From the NCBI GenBank assembly GCA_021295895.1, contig JAGWBM010000029.1, positions 25,857 to 89,856 on the forward strand: a DNA stretch of 64,000 nucleotides, written 5' to 3'. The notes beneath the pieces were generated by a model. That model had not been told where the DNA came from, searched no databases, and saw nothing but the letters and a program-made list of their open reading frames with translations. This DNA comes from Pseudomonadales bacterium (GTDB taxonomy: Bacteria > Pseudomonadota > Gammaproteobacteria > Pseudomonadales > Azotimanducaceae). The translations under genes and the position numbers were made by a program. Shown in pieces: positions 9,748-22,459 of the stretch (position 1 is the stretch's first letter; the number at the start of each line of letters is the position of its first letter).

Positions 9748-12700
9748 AGTCGTTGGCGCGGGCAACGCTTGTCATGGCGACGGCCATCGCCGTGTGTTTC
9801 GCCTTGCTGCAGGTCGGGGGGCGGGTGTTGTTCTACCAACTGCATCGCTTGGAGGACACCATCAACGCGACGTTCGGTCCCGATTTCCTCGTGCAGGGGC
9901 TCGAAGGTCGCTGGCAAGGCCTCAACCCGGGGATTTTCGCCGAACGCGTTCGCCTGCCTTCGGTCGAATTGATCGGTCTCGATTTCGAACTCGACCTGGT
10001 CGAGAGCATGGGGCGGAATCGCGTGGTCGCGCGGCGGATGACCGTCGCGGACGGTCGCCTGGTCTTCGAGAAGACCGCTACGGGTTGGCAACTGGCGGGC
10101 GCTTCGGAAGGGCCCGGCCTGGATGTGTTGGCGTTGTTCGGGTTCAGTGACGAGGTCTGGGTCCGGGGCAGAGTCTTCGCACGGGAAGGCCGCCGGACCG
10201 CAGCGCTCTACGTCGAGTCGTGGCTCATCAACGTGGGTGGGGGGCATCGATTCTCCATCCGCGTACAGTCGGAACCGAATTGCACGGACTGCGCGCTCGC
10301 CGTCGAGGGGGATGTCACCGAGAACGGCCCTGGAGCGATCGAGGTTTCCGCCACGGCGTTTTCGCTCGGAAGCGAATTGGATGACATGCTTGGCCTTCCC
10401 AACTTCGAGGTCGCCCTTGCCGGAGGCTGGCGTCGCGGCTCGGATGGCAATGGCCAGGCCCGTCTCGACATCGAGTTGAACCGGATTGAAACGCCGGCCT
10501 CGGAAAGCACGCTCACCTTGGGACTCGGCGCGTGGGCGGAGGGCGGCGGATACCGGGGCCGCATCGACACGTTGTCGGTAACAAGCGGGGATCGTTCCCT
10601 CGAGTTCGACGGGGCCGGGTTCTTTGTTCCCGGCGACCTCGGTGAACCCTTCGCCGACTTGTGGCTGCCGACGTTTGCGGCCCAAGATGTGGCTGCGTTG
10701 GCGACGACCGCCCTCGGGGTGGGCCATCCCGTTGGCCGATGGCTACACAACCTGGCGCCGCAGGGTCGTATCGACGGATTTCGAGTTCGAATCGACGGCG
10801 ACGGCGTGGCGTTCGTGTGTCGGGGACGCGATGCCGCGGTCACGGCCTTCCAGGGGGTGCCCGACGCGCAACACGTCGCATTCGTGGTGAGCGGACACTC
10901 GCGTGCAATACGCATGGACGTGGACGGCTACGACCTCGCATTGGCCATGCCGGATTTCGTGTCGGCCGATGAGACCTACGTCCAAGGCGGCGGTTCGATC
11001 ACCTTCTCGTTCGTCTCGGGGAACTTCGGATTGCGCGCCGAGAAACTCTGGCTCGACCGCGGCGGCACAAGGGCCGTTGCCGACATCGCCTTGTCCCGCC
11101 CGAGGGGGTCCAGCCGCGTTCACGTCGCGGCGGATGCCAAGGTCGACCGTATCGCCGTCGCGGATGCCGAGGGCTACCTCCCCTTGAACGTTGCGCCGGG
11201 ATTTCGGGATTGGCTGAGAACGAACGTCCGCTCCGGTCATCTCGAGGACGGCCGAATCCTGTTCCAGGGTGCCGTCGGCCCAAGCGATGGTCCACCCCGC
11301 CGACATTTCGAGATCGCTGCGAGGGTCGTCGATGGGGTTGTCGACTACCACGGGGACTGGCCGACGGCGAGCCACATCCGGGCAAACCTCGTCGTAGCCG
11401 AAGGGGGAACCCGGCTACGCGGCGCTGCCAGGATCTTCGACATGGATGTCGCCGACGCCGATCTCAGGGTGCCGCCTTCGGGAGAAGAGATATCGCTGCG
11501 CTTGCGGTCCCGTACGGATGTGGGGCAACTCCTCCATTTCGTGCGCAACAGTCCGGTCCGGGATGCCATGCCGTTCCTGTCCGATGCCTGGACGGGTGAC
11601 GGACCGGTGGTTGTCGCAGCCGAGATGGTCCTGCCGTTGGCGGGTACGGGAGACGACGGCGTGCGGCCACGGAATCTGCGCGTCGAATTCGACCTGGAGG
11701 GCGCCAACGTCGACCTGGCCGACCTGGGTTTGCGATTCGACGCCATGAACGACCGGGTGCGCTACGAGTGGCCGACAAGCCTTTCCAGCGAACGGCTGAC
11801 CGGAAGACTGTTCGGTGCCCCGGTTCGTCTCGGAATCGAGTCCGACGACGAGACGATTCGATTCGCCGTTGAAGGATCGGCTACCGTCGCCGACGCCTAC
11901 CGCGTGTTGGACCTGGCGGATCCCGGTATCGTCGGAGGTCGGTTCGATTTCGGTGCCACGTTCGAGGTCTTCCCGGGCTCCGAGCATCCCGCGGAGCTGC
12001 GTATCGAGAGCGACCTGGTGGGAGTCTCGGCGGCGCTTCCAGCGCCTTTGGACAAGCGGGACGACGAGGAAAGTGCGTTGGCGGTTTCGCTGCAATTCCT
12101 CGACGACTACGTGGCCGTATCGGCGCGCTACAACGACCTCAGCGGCTGGTTGCACGTGGACGACGGCGGCATCAGGGCGGCAGCCCTGGGGCTCGGTGTG
12201 CCCGTCCCCATGGCCGACGCCGCCCAGGGCCGGGTGGTGATCGCGGGCGGTCTGGACGCCGTCAACGTGGCATCGATGGCCTCGGCGCTAGGTCCCACGA
12301 AGGGGGACGATCCCGGCTTCGCTTGGGAACTGCGCGATTTCCGCATCGGCCGAATGGAACTCGACGCCCTGGAACTCGCGGACCTGCGTATCGACGGGTC
12401 TGGTGAAGGCGGCGAGATCCGCCTGACGCTGGCCGGCAGGGAGCTGCATGGCACCTTGGAAAGATCCGGCGATGCGCCTTGGCGTCTCAACCTCCCGGAA
12501 CTCAACGTGCCCACCTCGCCGTCCGACGACGCGATCGCCCTGGATCCCGCCGCCATCGATCAACTCATTGCCGCCGATGTGGTTCTCGGGAAGGTCTTCG
12601 TCGGTGAGGACGACTACGGCACCTGGCGGTTCGGGCTCCGACCCGTTCCCGAGGGAATCGAGTTGCACGACGTTGTCGCCGAACTCCGCGGGCTCACCAT

Positions 12701-13484
12701 CGAGGCCACGGCGCCGGCGCTTTGGAGCCGCGACGGAACGACGCGCTTCGAGGGCACGGTCAGAGCGGGCGACCTGCTGGAGGTGCTGCCGCTTTGGGAC
12801 TTCGTACCCAGCGTGGAGTCGGAGAGTTTCGCGGCCCAGGGGAGCGTGTATTGGCCCGGCTCGCCCCTCGAGTTCGACTTGGCCACGCTGTCCGGCGACG
12901 CCTCCCTGGATCTGACCAATGGGCGGTTCCTGGACGTCGAGCAGGGGGCCGGCGCGGCGCGCATCATGAGCCTCATCAACTTTTCCACCATCGTCAAGCG
13001 GATGAGTCTCGACTTCACGGACGTGTTCGGACGGGGCGTCAGTTTCGACCGTGCACTGGCGAAGCTGTCGGTGACCGAGGGTCGCGCCCGATTCGACGGG
13101 CCAGCCAAGATCACCGGCACCGGCTTGCGGTTCGATATCGACGGTGCGGTCGACTTTGCGAGTGGGGCGCTTGACTACACCATGGTTGTCACGCTGCCGC
13201 TGCACGCCAGCTTGCCTTGGTACGCCGCCTTCCTCGCCGCGTCGAACCCGCTCGCCGCGGCGGGTGTTCTGTTTGGCCAGCAGGTCCTCAAGGATCCCAT
13301 CAAACGCTTGTCGAGTGTCGACGTCGTCGTCAAGGGGACCTACGACGATCCGGAAGTGATGCTGGTGAGCAATTCGTCGGCGCTGGCGGCAACCGCGGAG
13401 GACAATGTGATTGCCGACGATGCGAATGCGGCGCCGGAGGAGTTGGATGACGGCAAGACGGAACGGGGGGATACACCGCAGTGA
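9744..13484 (+). CDS. yhdP: YhdP / AsmA-family lipid transport protein
   Basis: About 1250 aa with an N-terminal TM helix and C-terminal ...[17 protein letters not shown]; lies between rng and tldD; TTG start overlaps the rng stop. Confidence 0.85.
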   Translation: MKSLARATLVMATAIAVCFALLQVGGRVLFYQLHRLEDTINATFGPDFLVQGLEGRWQGLNPGIFAERVRLPSVELIGLDFELDLVESMGRNRVVARRMTVADGRLVFEKTATGWQLAGASEGPGLDVLALFGFSDEVWVRGRVFAREGRRTAALYVESWLINVGGGHRFSIRVQSEPNCTDCALAVEGDVTENGPGAIEVSATAFSLGSELDDMLGLPNFEVALAGGWRRGSDGNGQARLDIELNRIETPASESTLTLGLGAWAEGGGYRGRIDTLSVTSGDRSLEFDGAGFFVPGDLGEPFADLWLPTFAAQDVAALATTALGVGHPVGRWLHNLAPQGRIDGFRVRIDGDGVAFVCRGRDAAVTAFQGVPDAQHVAFVVSGHSRAIRMDVDGYDLALAMPDFVSADETYVQGGGSITFSFVSGNFGLRAEKLWLDRGGTRAVADIALSRPRGSSRVHVAADAKVDRIAVADAEGYLPLNVAPGFRDWLRTNVRSGHLEDGRILFQGAVGPSDGPPRRHFEIAARVVDGVVDYHGDWPTASHIRANLVVAEGGTRLRGAARIFDMDVADADLRVPPSGEEISLRLRSRTDVGQLLHFVRNSPVRDAMPFLSDAWTGDGPVVVAAEMVLPLAGTGDDGVRPRNLRVEFDLEGANVDLADLGLRFDAMNDRVRYEWPTSLSSERLTGRLFGAPVRLGIESDDETIRFAVEGSATVADAYRVLDLADPGIVGGRFDFGATFEVFPGSEHPAELRIESDLVGVSAALPAPLDKRDDEESALAVSLQFLDDYVAVSARYNDLSGWLHVDDGGIRAAALGLGVPVPMADAAQGRVVIAGGLDAVNVASMASALGPTKGDDPGFAWELRDFRIGRMELDALELADLRIDGSGEGGEIRLTLAGRELHGTLERSGDAPWRLNLPELNVPTSPSDDAIALDPAAIDQLIAADVVLGKVFVGEDDYGTWRFGLRPVPEGIELHDVVAELRGLTIEATAPALWSRDGTTRFEGTVRAGDLLEVLPLWDFVPSVESESFAAQGSVYWPGSPLEFDLATLSGDASLDLTNGRFLDVEQGAGAARIMSLINFSTIVKRMSLDFTDVFGRGVSFDRALAKLSVTEGRARFDGPAKITGTGLRFDIDGAVDFASGALDYTMVVTLPLHASLPWYAAFLAASNPLAAAGVLFGQQVLKDPIKRLSSVDVVVKGTYDDPEVMLVSNSSALAATAEDNVIADDANAAPEELDDGKTERGDTPQ

Positions 13485-14941
13485 CAACGAACAACGTGAT
13501 CGTATCGGCGCGGCAGGCGCTATGGGATCCCGATGAGATCGGCGAACCGGAAATAACCGGCATGCTCGGGCGCCTGTCCGCGAAGGACATCGACACGGGG
13601 GAGCTGTTCTTCCAGTTACTTCGCCACGAGGCGTGGGGATTGGAGGATGGGAAGGTCAAGAGCGGTGCCTATAGCGTCGACCGCGGTGTAGGCGTGCGGG
13701 CGATCAGTGGAGAAAAGACCGGCTTCGCCTACGCCGACAATATCGCGTTGCCGGCGCTCAGCGAGGCCACGGAAGCCGCGCGGAGCATTGCACGTACCGG
13801 CCACGGCAGCCGGACGGGTGTGCTCACGGGAACCACCGCAGCGGTACGTTACGCGGACGTCGACCCGATCGCTTCGGCACCCGAGGATGCCAAGGTCGCG
13901 CTGCTGCATCGCATCGATACCTTGGCCCGCAGTCTCGACCCCCGGGTCAGCGAGGTCGTCGTGCGGGTCTCGCTGGATTGCGAGGTCAACCTGGTCGTGA
14001 CGACGGATGGATTGATGAGTGGCGACTCGCGGCCGATGGCGAGATTCGACGTCATGGTTCTCGCGGAGCAGAACGGTCGACGCGAACGCGGGTCGAGTGG
14101 GGGCGGCGGGCGCTTCGACACGGGATGGTTGTTCAACACGGACGCTGCGGACGAGTATGCCCGGGAGGCCGTGCGCATGGCTCTCGTCAATCTCGACGCG
14201 GTCGACGCGCCGGCCGGTGCGATGCCGGTGGTGCTCGGCCCGGGTTGGCCGGGGGTTCTGCTGCACGAGGCGGTGGGACACGGTTTGGAAGGCGACTTCA
14301 ATCGCAAGGGCACGTCGGCATTCGCGGGCCGGATGGGCGAGGTTGTCGCCTCGGAGCTGTGTACGGTGATCGACGACGCAACCCTGGCCGACCGACGCGG
14401 TTCGCTGTCCGTGGACGACGAAGGGACGCCGGGGCAGCACACCACGCTGATCGAGAACGGCGTTCTGGTCGGCTACATGCAGGACAAGCACAACGCACGG
14501 CTCATGGGAGCCAAGAGCACGGGCAACGGCCGTCGGCAGTCCTATGCCTACCTGCCGATGCCGCGCATGACCAATACCTTCTTGAGGCCGGGCGCCAGTG
14601 AACCCGACGACATCATCGCCAGTGTCGACAAGGGCGTCTACGCGGTGAGTTTCGGGGGCGGCCAGGTGGACATCACCTCCGGCAAGTTCGTGTTCTCCGC
14701 CACGGAGGCGTACCTCATCGAGGGCGGCAAGGTCGGACCGGCGATTCGCGGTGCGACGCTGATCGGCAACGGCCCGGAAGTCATGCAACGCGTGTCCATG
14801 GTTGGAAACGACTTCAAACTCGACGGCGGTGTCGGCATCTGCGGCAAGGACGGCCAGACCGTGCCGGTCGGGGTGGGTCAGCCGACCCTGAAGATCGACG
14901 AGATCACGGTGGGCGGGACCGGCGCGGGCGCCACGTCGTGA
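13481..14941 (+). CDS. tldD: metalloprotease TldD
   Basis: [42 protein letters not shown]. Confidence 0.97.
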   Translation: MTTNNVIVSARQALWDPDEIGEPEITGMLGRLSAKDIDTGELFFQLLRHEAWGLEDGKVKSGAYSVDRGVGVRAISGEKTGFAYADNIALPALSEATEAARSIARTGHGSRTGVLTGTTAAVRYADVDPIASAPEDAKVALLHRIDTLARSLDPRVSEVVVRVSLDCEVNLVVTTDGLMSGDSRPMARFDVMVLAEQNGRRERGSSGGGGRFDTGWLFNTDAADEYAREAVRMALVNLDAVDAPAGAMPVVLGPGWPGVLLHEAVGHGLEGDFNRKGTSAFAGRMGEVVASELCTVIDDATLADRRGSLSVDDEGTPGQHTTLIENGVLVGYMQDKHNARLMGAKSTGNGRRQSYAYLPMPRMTNTFLRPGASEPDDIIASVDKGVYAVSFGGGQVDITSGKFVFSATEAYLIEGGKVGPAIRGATLIGNGPEVMQRVSMVGNDFKLDGGVGICGKDGQTVPVGVGQPTLKIDEITVGGTGAGATS

Positions 14942-16296
14942 AACCGGTCGCACCGCAACCGGCGCCGACCGATCCGGCGGCACTTGCCGCGTCGTTGAAG
15001 GACATGGCGACACGGATACTCGACGAGGCCAAGCGACAAGGCGCGACGGCGGCGGAGGTCGCCGCCGGCGATAGCAGCGGCCTGGTGGTATCCGTGCGCA
15101 AGGGGGAACTCGAGACCGTCGAGTTCACCAACGACCGGGGCTTCGGCATCACCGTCTACGTCGGGGATCGCAAGGGGAATGCCAGCACGTCCGACGCCGG
15201 CCCCAACGCGATCCGCGACACCGTGCGAGCCGCCCTCAACATCGCCAGGTACACCGAGGGGGATCCCTGCAACGGTCTCGCCGATGCGTCCTTGATGGCC
15301 CGGCGCATTCCGGATCTCGACCTGCATCATCCGTGGGATATCGACGTCCCCCGAGCTACCGAGCGCGCCGTGGAGACCGAGGCGGCCGGACTCGCCTACG
15401 ACAATCGCATCGTCAACTCCGAGGGCGCCCGCGTCGCGACGGCTCGCGGCTGCCAGGTGTACGGCAACTCCCACGGTTTTCTCGAAGCGGCCTGGGGTAC
15501 GCGTCACTCGACGAGTTGCCTGATGATCGCCGCCGACGCGAACGGCATGCAGCCGGAGGACTGGTATACCGTCAGCCGCGATCCGACCGACCTCGAGAAC
15601 CACGTGGAAGTCGGCCGCGAGGCGGCCCGGCGGGCGGTGGGTCGCCTCGGCTGCCGGCCGGTGAATACCGGGACCTACCCCGTGATGTTCGCGGCGCCGG
15701 TGGCGGCGGGACTCGTCTCCCACCTGTTGTCGGCGATCAGCGGTCGCGCTCTATACCGTCGGGAGTCCTACCTCCTCGACTCCCTCGGTCGGCAAGCCGC
15801 ATCCGAAGACATCACCCTGCGCGAGGAACCGCATCGGCCGAAGGGTCTCGCCAGTGCCGGCTACGACGGCGATGGTGTCGAAACCCGGGCCAAGACTTTC
15901 ATCGACGGGGGCGTGGTCGCGAGCTACATCCTGGACAGCTACTCGGCCCGGCGCTTGGGAATGACCACCACGGGCAACGCCGGTGGCTATTTCAATCTCG
16001 ACGTCGTCGCCGACACCCGGCCCGTCGAGGAACTCGTGAACGCCATGGGTACCGGGCTCCTCGTTACGAACCTGATGGGGCAGGGCGTGAACCTGGTCAC
16101 CGGCGACTATTCCCGGGGTGCCGGCGGCGTCTGGATCGCCGACGGCGAGCCGCGTCATCCCGTGGACGAAGTCACCATTGCCGCCAACCTCGACGATGTC
16201 TACAAGGGCATCGTGGGTTGCGGCGACGACATCGACCGCCGCGGCAACATCCACACCGGATCACTCCTCGTACGCGAGATGACGGTCGCGAACTAA
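14938..16296 (+). CDS. pmbA: metalloprotease partner PmbA/TldE
   Basis: [30 protein letters not shown]. Confidence 0.95.
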   Translation: MKPVAPQPAPTDPAALAASLKDMATRILDEAKRQGATAAEVAAGDSSGLVVSVRKGELETVEFTNDRGFGITVYVGDRKGNASTSDAGPNAIRDTVRAALNIARYTEGDPCNGLADASLMARRIPDLDLHHPWDIDVPRATERAVETEAAGLAYDNRIVNSEGARVATARGCQVYGNSHGFLEAAWGTRHSTSCLMIAADANGMQPEDWYTVSRDPTDLENHVEVGREAARRAVGRLGCRPVNTGTYPVMFAAPVAAGLVSHLLSAISGRALYRRESYLLDSLGRQAASEDITLREEPHRPKGLASAGYDGDGVETRAKTFIDGGVVASYILDSYSARRLGMTTTGNAGGYFNLDVVADTRPVEELVNAMGTGLLVTNLMGQGVNLVTGDYSRGAGGVWIADGEPRHPVDEVTIAANLDDVYKGIVGCGDDIDRRGNIHTGSLLVREMTVAN

Positions 16297-16322
16297 CCCG
16301 GTTGTTTCGCCGAGCAACGACC

Positions 16323-16398
16323 GTAGGGGCGACCCCATCGTCCGTGTCGGACAGTGCTCGGTGCCTGGACAACGGGACGGGACAAGCCCGTCCCCTAC
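16323..16398. repeat. GTAG-REP inverted doublet between convergent pmbA and comEA
   Basis: GTAGGGGCGACCCC... and CGGGACGGGACAAGCCCGTCCCCTAC. Confidence 0.8.
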
Positions 16399-16433
16399 GG
16401 TCGCGTTGTGGCCAGCCAGACGCTGGGGCCTCG

Positions 16434-16745
16434 TCATTCGGAGCTGGCTGCCTCCTGTTTCTCGGCGGGCATCTCGCTGACGACGATCTTGTCCGCGTTT
16501 TTCTCGACGATGGAGTCGCCGATGCCTTTCACGGCCGTCAGGTCGGTAGCACTGTCGAAGCGCCCGTGGGTCTCGCGATGGCGAACGATGGCCTCGGCTT
16601 TTTTCAAGCCGACGCCATTCAACACGCGGGCGATGGTCTCGGCGTCCGCCGTGTTGATGTTGACCGTCTCGGCGGGTGCGGCGGTCGCGACAAAACCCGT
16701 GAAGACCATCGCCAGGATGGCGAACAAGGTGCGCATTGAAGCCAT
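16434..16745 (-). CDS. comEA: ComEA-family helix-hairpin-helix DNA-binding protein
   Basis: Signal peptide, then VNINTADAE..LNGVGLKKAEAIV..VKGIG. Confidence 0.88.
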   Translation of the reverse strand: MASMRTLFAILAMVFTGFVATAAPAETVNINTADAETIARVLNGVGLKKAEAIVRHRETHGRFDSATDLTAVKGIGDSIVEKNADKIVVSEMPAEKQEAASSE

Positions 16746-16871
16746 GGGGTATCTCCCTTTTTCCGTGTGAAATGGACGTTCGAAGATACTGGTCTGCCGG
16801 CCCCTTGGATGCCGGACGATCGCCATGGGGCTTGTAGGAAATCACCGCCGCGGCGAGTCGGCGATCGCCGA

Positions 16872-17258
16872 TTATTCGTGCTGAGAATCCCGCAGTCGGT
16901 CGAGTTCGACTTCTCGCTGGTGCAATGATCGTCGCAACAGCCGCTGGTTGAACCGGCCGCGCACCAGGCTGGCGGCACACAGCGATACCCCGAGCAGTAC
17001 GCCGCCGCCGAATGTCGCACACAGCCACCAGAACGCCGGCCACTCCGGACTGACCTGGTTGAGGAAACGCACCGTCATGGGTGCTTGGTTGTCGAGCCCC
17101 AGGATCACGGCGGCCGTGACCACGGCCAACAGCACCAGGCCTAAGATGAGGTTCCGCAGCACTCGATAGACCCTGCGCGAGCCGCGGGTGGCGGCGTGCC
17201 GCGTCTGATCGTCAACTGATGGGTTCGTGGGATCCCGGGGCCGGTTAGGCGCGCTCAC
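16872..17258 (-). CDS. LapA-domain membrane protein
   Basis: Two TM segments, N-x4-VRFL motif, basic coiled tail; downstream of ihfB as usual. Confidence 0.7.
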   Translation of the reverse strand: MSAPNRPRDPTNPSVDDQTRHAATRGSRRVYRVLRNLILGLVLLAVVTAAVILGLDNQAPMTVRFLNQVSPEWPAFWWLCATFGGGVLLGVSLCAASLVRGRFNQRLLRRSLHQREVELDRLRDSQHE

Positions 17259-17587
17259 CGAGATCCGGCCGGCGTGCGTCGTGCGCCGGCGACTTCTCGT
17301 TGCCGTCCCTCGTTCACCCGGTCGCGCAGTCGCCTACCCGGCTTGAAGTGCGGTGCGTACTTGCCGGCCAGGCTCACCGACTCGCCGGTCTTCGGGTTGC
17401 GACCCATTCGCGGTGGCCGATAGTGCAACGAGAAGCTGCCGAAGCCCCGAATCTCGATGCGGCCTCCCTTGGCCAGCGAGTGGGACATCTGGTCGATGAT
17501 GTTCTTGACGGCCATTTCGACGTCATCGACCGTAAGCAGGCCCTGGTGGCGCAATGCCATCTGTTCGATGAGTTCGGACCTGGTCAT
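17255..17587 (-). CDS. ihfB: integration host factor beta
   Basis: [36 protein letters not shown]. Confidence 0.96.
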   Translation of the reverse strand: MTRSELIEQMALRHQGLLTVDDVEMAVKNIIDQMSHSLAKGGRIEIRGFGSFSLHYRPPRMGRNPKTGESVSLAGKYAPHFKPGRRLRDRVNEGRQREVAGARRTPAGSR

Positions 17588-17718
17588 CCTAGGGCCGCAT
17601 TCCGTTTCGAGGTGGCAGGTAACCTGAGTCGAAAACTACCACAGCGGCCCGCCCCGTAGAAGACGCGCCCGCGCCAAGCAACAAACGGTGCTTTGTTCCG
17701 TGGCGGAAACGTGGCACT

Positions 17719-17756
17719 GGGCGATGCGCACCCCCACAGGCGCTTGGTCGCCCTAC
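17719..17756 (-). repeat. GTAG-REP-like hairpin containing the rpsA stop
   Basis: Minus strand GTAGGGCGACC...CATCGCCC. Confidence 0.55.
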
Positions 17757-19555
17757 GAGCCCGTGTCGTCCGAGTCCGGGTTGTCCTTGCCTGCCATCTG
17801 GGCCTTGATGAGATCGCCCAGGGTCGTGGGACCGGGGCGCTCGGGCTGGCTCTTCTGGTAATCGCGGTGGGCCTGTTTCTCGTCGTCCTTCTCGCGGGCC
17901 TTGATGGACAGGCTGATGCCACGGTTCTTGCGATCGATGCTGATGATCTTGGCCGTGACCTCGTCACCCACCGACAGGGCGGTCCGGGCATCCTCGACGC
18001 GATCCGCGTAGATTTCGGATGCCTTGAGCAGGGCATCGACCTCGGGGGCGAGTCGGACGAGAACCTCCTGTGGCTCGACGGCGACGACCACGCCGTCGAC
18101 GATGCTGTTGCGGTCGTGCTCTTCGATGTAGTCGTTGAATGGATCGTCGTCGAGTTGCTTGATGCCAAGCGCGATACGCTCGCGTTCGGAGTCGATCGAC
18201 AGGATCACGGTGTCGATTTCCTCGCCCCGGCTGTAACGGCGTACCGCCGTTTCACCGGGCTCCTTCCAGGAGATGTCCGAGAGATAGACGAGACCATCGA
18301 TGCCGCCGTCGAGTCCCACGAAGATGCCGAAGTCGGTGATCGATTTGATGCGTCCGCGGATACGGTCGCCGCCTGAATGCGTTGCGGCGAACTCGTCCCA
18401 GGGATTGGTGCGGCATTGCTTGATGCCCAGCGAAATGCGGCGTCGGTCTTCGTCGATGGACAGGATCATGACTTCGACCTCGTCGCCAACGGCAACCACC
18501 TTGGACGGGTGCACGTTGCGGTTGGTCCAGTCCATCTCGGAGACGTGCACGAGGCCCTCCACGCCTTCTTCGATTTCCGCGAAACAGCCGTAGTCCGTCA
18601 GGTTGGTCACACGCGCGACGACACGCATCCCCTGTGGATAGCGGCGTGCGATGTCCACCCACGGATCGTCGCCGAGTTGCTTCATGCCGAGCGAGACTTT
18701 CCGGTTCTCCCGGTCGAAGCGGAGGATCTTGACGGGCACTTCGTCGCCGACGTTTACCATCTCGCTGGGATGGCGGACCCGACGCCAGGCCATGTCGGTG
18801 ATGTGCAGGAGGCCGTCGAGTCCACCGAGGTCGACGAATGCGCCGTAGTCGGTGAGATTCTTGACGATGCCTTTGATTTCCTGTCCTTCGTGGAGGGAGG
18901 CGAGCAACGCTTCGCGTTCGGCGCTGCTCTCTTCTTCGAGTACCGCCCGACGTGACACCACCACGTTGTTGCGGCGCTGATCCAGCTTGATGACCTTGAA
19001 TTCCAGCGACCGACCCTCGAGGTGCGCCGTCTCGCGCAGGGGTCGGATGTCGACCAGGGAGCCGGGCAGGAAGGCGCGGATTTCGTTGATATCGACGGTG
19101 AAGCCGCCTTTGACCTTGCCGTTCAGAATGCCCTTGATCACATCGCCCGTCGAGAAGGCGTGCTCGAGCATTTGCCAGGATTCGGCGCGGCGGGCTTTCT
19201 CGCGGGACAGCCGGGTTTCTCCCCAGCCGTCGTCGACGGTTTCCATGGCGACCTGCACCTGGTCGCCGACTTCCAGGCTGAATTCGCCGTCTTCGTTCAG
19301 AAACTGGCTGCGCGGGATGACGCCTTCCGACTTGAGTCCGGCGTGGACGAGTACGAATTCCTTGTCGATCTCCACCACGGTGCCGGTAACGATCGACCCG
19401 GGCGCCATCTCCAGCGTGGCGAGGCTCTCCTCGAACAACGCTTCAAAGCTCTCGAGGGCGAACTCCTCGGCCGTGGTCGGCGGCACCGTCGTTGACGGCG
19501 GCGGCACCGTCGTCGGCAAGCTGTCCACACCTTCTCCAGTCAGTTCTTCGGCCAT
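17753..19555 (-). CDS. rpsA: 30S ribosomal protein S1
   Basis: Six S1 repeats ([36 protein letters not shown]). Confidence 0.98.
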   Translation of the reverse strand: MAEELTGEGVDSLPTTVPPPSTTVPPTTAEEFALESFEALFEESLATLEMAPGSIVTGTVVEIDKEFVLVHAGLKSEGVIPRSQFLNEDGEFSLEVGDQVQVAMETVDDGWGETRLSREKARRAESWQMLEHAFSTGDVIKGILNGKVKGGFTVDINEIRAFLPGSLVDIRPLRETAHLEGRSLEFKVIKLDQRRNNVVVSRRAVLEEESSAEREALLASLHEGQEIKGIVKNLTDYGAFVDLGGLDGLLHITDMAWRRVRHPSEMVNVGDEVPVKILRFDRENRKVSLGMKQLGDDPWVDIARRYPQGMRVVARVTNLTDYGCFAEIEEGVEGLVHVSEMDWTNRNVHPSKVVAVGDEVEVMILSIDEDRRRISLGIKQCRTNPWDEFAATHSGGDRIRGRIKSITDFGIFVGLDGGIDGLVYLSDISWKEPGETAVRRYSRGEEIDTVILSIDSERERIALGIKQLDDDPFNDYIEEHDRNSIVDGVVVAVEPQEVLVRLAPEVDALLKASEIYADRVEDARTALSVGDEVTAKIISIDRKNRGISLSIKAREKDDEKQAHRDYQKSQPERPGPTTLGDLIKAQMAGKDNPDSDDTGS

Positions 19556-19596
19556 ATCTTCCTTATGCCAGTCGTTGTCATCGTTCGCGCGCCGCC

Positions 19597-20352
19597 TTAG
19601 CGGCCCAACCCTCGTTCTTGGACGAGGGTCATCACCGCCGCCATTACGTCGTCGATCGACATCTCCGTGGAATCGATCGTCACCGCGTCGGGTGCCGGCA
19701 GCAGAGGCGAGACCGGGCGCGTCCGGTCCCTCTCGTCGCGTGCTTCGGTGCTCGCGCGAATCGCCGCCAGTGCGGCTTGCGCCGCCGCTCCGGCGACACC
19801 TTCGCGGTCACTGCCGAAGGGGGCGCGCAGGCTACCACTCGCCTCGCGATCCTTCAACTGCTCGAAACGCCGTCGGGCACGTGCATCGACGCTGGCGGTG
19901 AGGAATATCTTCAAGCGTGCATCGGGAAACACCACCGTCCCCATGTCCCGCCCGTCGGCCACGAGCCCGGGCGGTCGGCGAAACGCCTGCTGCGTCGCGA
20001 ACAGCGCTTCGCGCACGGCGGCAACGGCTGCGACCCGCGAGGCGGGCTGTTCGACCTCGGCACTTCGAACCGCATCGGTTTCGTCGACGCCGTCCACGAG
20101 TACGCGGATCGGTACCGCGGCCGGCAAAGCGCCGGCCGCCTCCTTGAACCCGATATCGGCCTTGCGGGTCGCTTCGGCCAACGATGCGGCATCGTCGAAG
20201 TCGATACCGCGTCGCAGGGCGATCAGACCGACGACGCGGTACAGTGCGCCGCTGTCCAAGAGGTGCCAGTCCAGTGCCGCGGCCAGGCGGCTGGCGACGG
20301 TGCCCTTGCCGGCGCCGCCGGGACCGTCGATGGCGATGACATCCGGGTTAAT
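19597..20352 (-). CDS. cmk: cytidylate kinase (start uncertain)
   Basis: [36 protein letters not shown]; candidate ATT start at 20352, otherwise GTG at 20406 or 20418. Confidence 0.93.
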   Translation of the reverse strand: MNPDVIAIDGPGGAGKGTVASRLAAALDWHLLDSGALYRVVGLIALRRGIDFDDAASLAEATRKADIGFKEAAGALPAAVPIRVLVDGVDETDAVRSAEVEQPASRVAAVAAVREALFATQQAFRRPPGLVADGRDMGTVVFPDARLKIFLTASVDARARRRFEQLKDREASGSLRAPFGSDREGVAGAAAQAALAAIRASTEARDERDRTRPVSPLLPAPDAVTIDSTEMSIDDVMAAVMTLVQERGLGR

Positions 20353-21169
20353 GGTCCGCCTCGTCGAACGCCCGCTTGGCTTGGACGGCGGATGTGATGA
20401 CGCCACGAAGCGATTCACCGCCGTCGTCCATGGCCGTTCGGAAGCGATGCAGGGTTTCGATGAGTTCGTCGAGGCGGGGTCGGATCCGGTCCGCGTTGGC
20501 GTGCAATATGTCGGTCCAGACATCGACATCGGCGCCGGCGATGCGCACGAAATCCCGAAACCCGTTGCCCGCCTGGTCGAGGGGTCCGGCGCGCGCCGCT
20601 GCGTCCATGAACGCGAAAGCCACGAGGTGCGGCAGGTGGCTGACCAGGGCGAAGCACTCGTCGTGGGACGCCGGCGTTTGCTCGACGACACGGGCGCCCA
20701 CAGCCTCCCAATAGCCGCGCACGGCATCCACCGCGCCGTCGTCTGTTTCGGCTACCGGTGTCACAACCACCGGCCGGTTCTGGAACAGGTCGGCCCGGGC
20801 GGCCCTCGGTCCCTGAAGCTCGGATCCGGCGATGGGATGGCATGGCACGAAATTGGGGGGTACGGGGTCGAGCGCATCGATCACCGCCCCCTTGACGCTG
20901 CCCACATCGAAAACCGGACCGCCGCAACGAGCAGCCACATCGCGAACATGACCGGCGATAGCGCCCACGGGAACCGCCACGCAGACCGCGTCGCAGTCAC
21001 CGGCCGGCGTGTCCAGGGCATCGTCGATGATGCCCAGTTCGAGGGCCTGACCGAGCGCGGCCGGGTCACGATCGACACCGACGATCCGATCGAACACGGC
21101 GTGGCTCTTCGCGGCCTTGGCGAATGAGCCGCCGAGAAGGCCGGTGCCGATCAAGAGGAGCGAACTCAC
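20348..21169 (-). CDS. tyrA: prephenate/arogenate dehydrogenase
   Basis: GTGLLGGS Rossmann fold, DVGSVK, HPIAGSE, SHLPH. Confidence 0.9.
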   Translation of the reverse strand: MSSLLLIGTGLLGGSFAKAAKSHAVFDRIVGVDRDPAALGQALELGIIDDALDTPAGDCDAVCVAVPVGAIAGHVRDVAARCGGPVFDVGSVKGAVIDALDPVPPNFVPCHPIAGSELQGPRAARADLFQNRPVVVTPVAETDDGAVDAVRGYWEAVGARVVEQTPASHDECFALVSHLPHLVAFAFMDAAARAGPLDQAGNGFRDFVRIAGADVDVWTDILHANADRIRPRLDELIETLHRFRTAMDDGGESLRGVITSAVQAKRAFDEADH

Positions 21170-22275
21170 CCGGTTCGTTCGAGTGCCCGGGCCAGCGCGG
21201 CGAGGAAACGTTCGTTTTCTTCGGGTAGCCCGACGGTCACCCGAAGGTGCTCGGGCATGCCGTAGTTGGCCACGGGGCGGACGATGACGCCGTCGTCGAG
21301 CAGCGCGTCGTAGACCTTCGCGGCGTCGTGTTCGGGACCGAGGCGCACGGTGACGAAGTTGCCGGCGGAGGGAATCCACTCGAGGGACAGCGCCGCGAAG
21401 CCCTCGGCAAGTCGCGCCATGCCTTCGCTGTTCAAGCGCCGGCTCTCGGCGACGTGTTCCGTATCCGAGAGCGCCGCCTCGGCGGCAACCAGCGCCAGGC
21501 TGTTGGCATTGAACGGCTGGCGGACCCGGTTCAGGAGGTCGGCGAACGCCGGCGAACTCACGCTGTAGCCGATGCGCAACGCCGCCAGGGCATGGATCTT
21601 GGAGAACGTCCGGGTGACGATCAGGTTCGGATGACGCTCGATGAGGCGGATGCCGTCGGGATAGCCGGATTCGGCGACGTATTCGGCGTAGGCCTCGTCC
21701 AACACCACCCACACTTCCCCGGGTACGGCGGCCAGGAAGGCGTCGAGGGTCGCCTCGTCGAACCAGGTCCCGGTCGGGTTGTTGGGGTTGGCCAGAAAGA
21801 CGATGCGGGTGCGTTCGTCGACGGCCGCGGCCAAGGCCTCGAGGTCGTGGCTCCACTCCCGTGACGGCACCCTCGTCACGTCGCCGTTGGCAGCCGTGAT
21901 GGCCAGGGGATAGACGACGAAGCAGTGCTCGTCGATGACACCCCGCGTCCCGGGCGAGACGGCGACGCGGGCCGCGAGGTCGAGAACGTCATTGGAACCG
22001 TTGCCGAGGGTGATGCGCGAGGTATCCACGCCGAGGTGCTCCGACAGGGCGGCCTTCAGGCGGAAACCGGTGCCGTCGGGGTACCGGGAGAGGTCCGCGT
22101 TGGCCAACGCCCTGAGAACGCGCGGTCCGGGTCCGCGGGGATTCTCGTTGCTCGCCAATTTCACGGCGTCGGCGACGCCGCGTTCGCGCATCAGTTCTTC
22201 GACGGGCTTGCCGGGTTGGTAGGGGCTTAGTCCGGTGATCCGGGCGTTGACGTTCGTTGGCAGGTTCAAGGGCAT
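21166..22275 (-). CDS. hisC: histidinol-phosphate aminotransferase
   Basis: YQPGKP, KLASNENP, GNGSND, NPNNPTG, DEAY, RTFSK. Confidence 0.95.
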   Translation of the reverse strand: MPLNLPTNVNARITGLSPYQPGKPVEELMRERGVADAVKLASNENPRGPGPRVLRALANADLSRYPDGTGFRLKAALSEHLGVDTSRITLGNGSNDVLDLAARVAVSPGTRGVIDEHCFVVYPLAITAANGDVTRVPSREWSHDLEALAAAVDERTRIVFLANPNNPTGTWFDEATLDAFLAAVPGEVWVVLDEAYAEYVAESGYPDGIRLIERHPNLIVTRTFSKIHALAALRIGYSVSSPAFADLLNRVRQPFNANSLALVAAEAALSDTEHVAESRRLNSEGMARLAEGFAALSLEWIPSAGNFVTVRLGPEHDAAKVYDALLDDGVIVRPVANYGMPEHLRVTVGLPEENERFLAALARALERTG

Positions 22276-22279
22276 CCCC

Positions 22280-22352
22280 GTAGGGGCGACCCAATCGCGC
22301 CCGCCACGGCGCGCGGTCGCCCGCCTTGTGGTCGCCGAGCCTTGTGGTCCCC
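22280..22352. repeat. degenerate GTAG-REP and remnants immediately upstream of hisC
   Basis: GTAGGGGCGACC...GGTCGCCC followed by GCCTTGTGGTC twice. Confidence 0.6.
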
Positions 22353-22459
22353 CGCACGGCGCGACGACGTGGTGAGGCAGGCACCACACAAGGAGGAGCA
22401 ACGAAGTCCAGGGGCCAAGAACACCCGCAGATACCCGCAGATTTGGGCTTGACGGAGCA

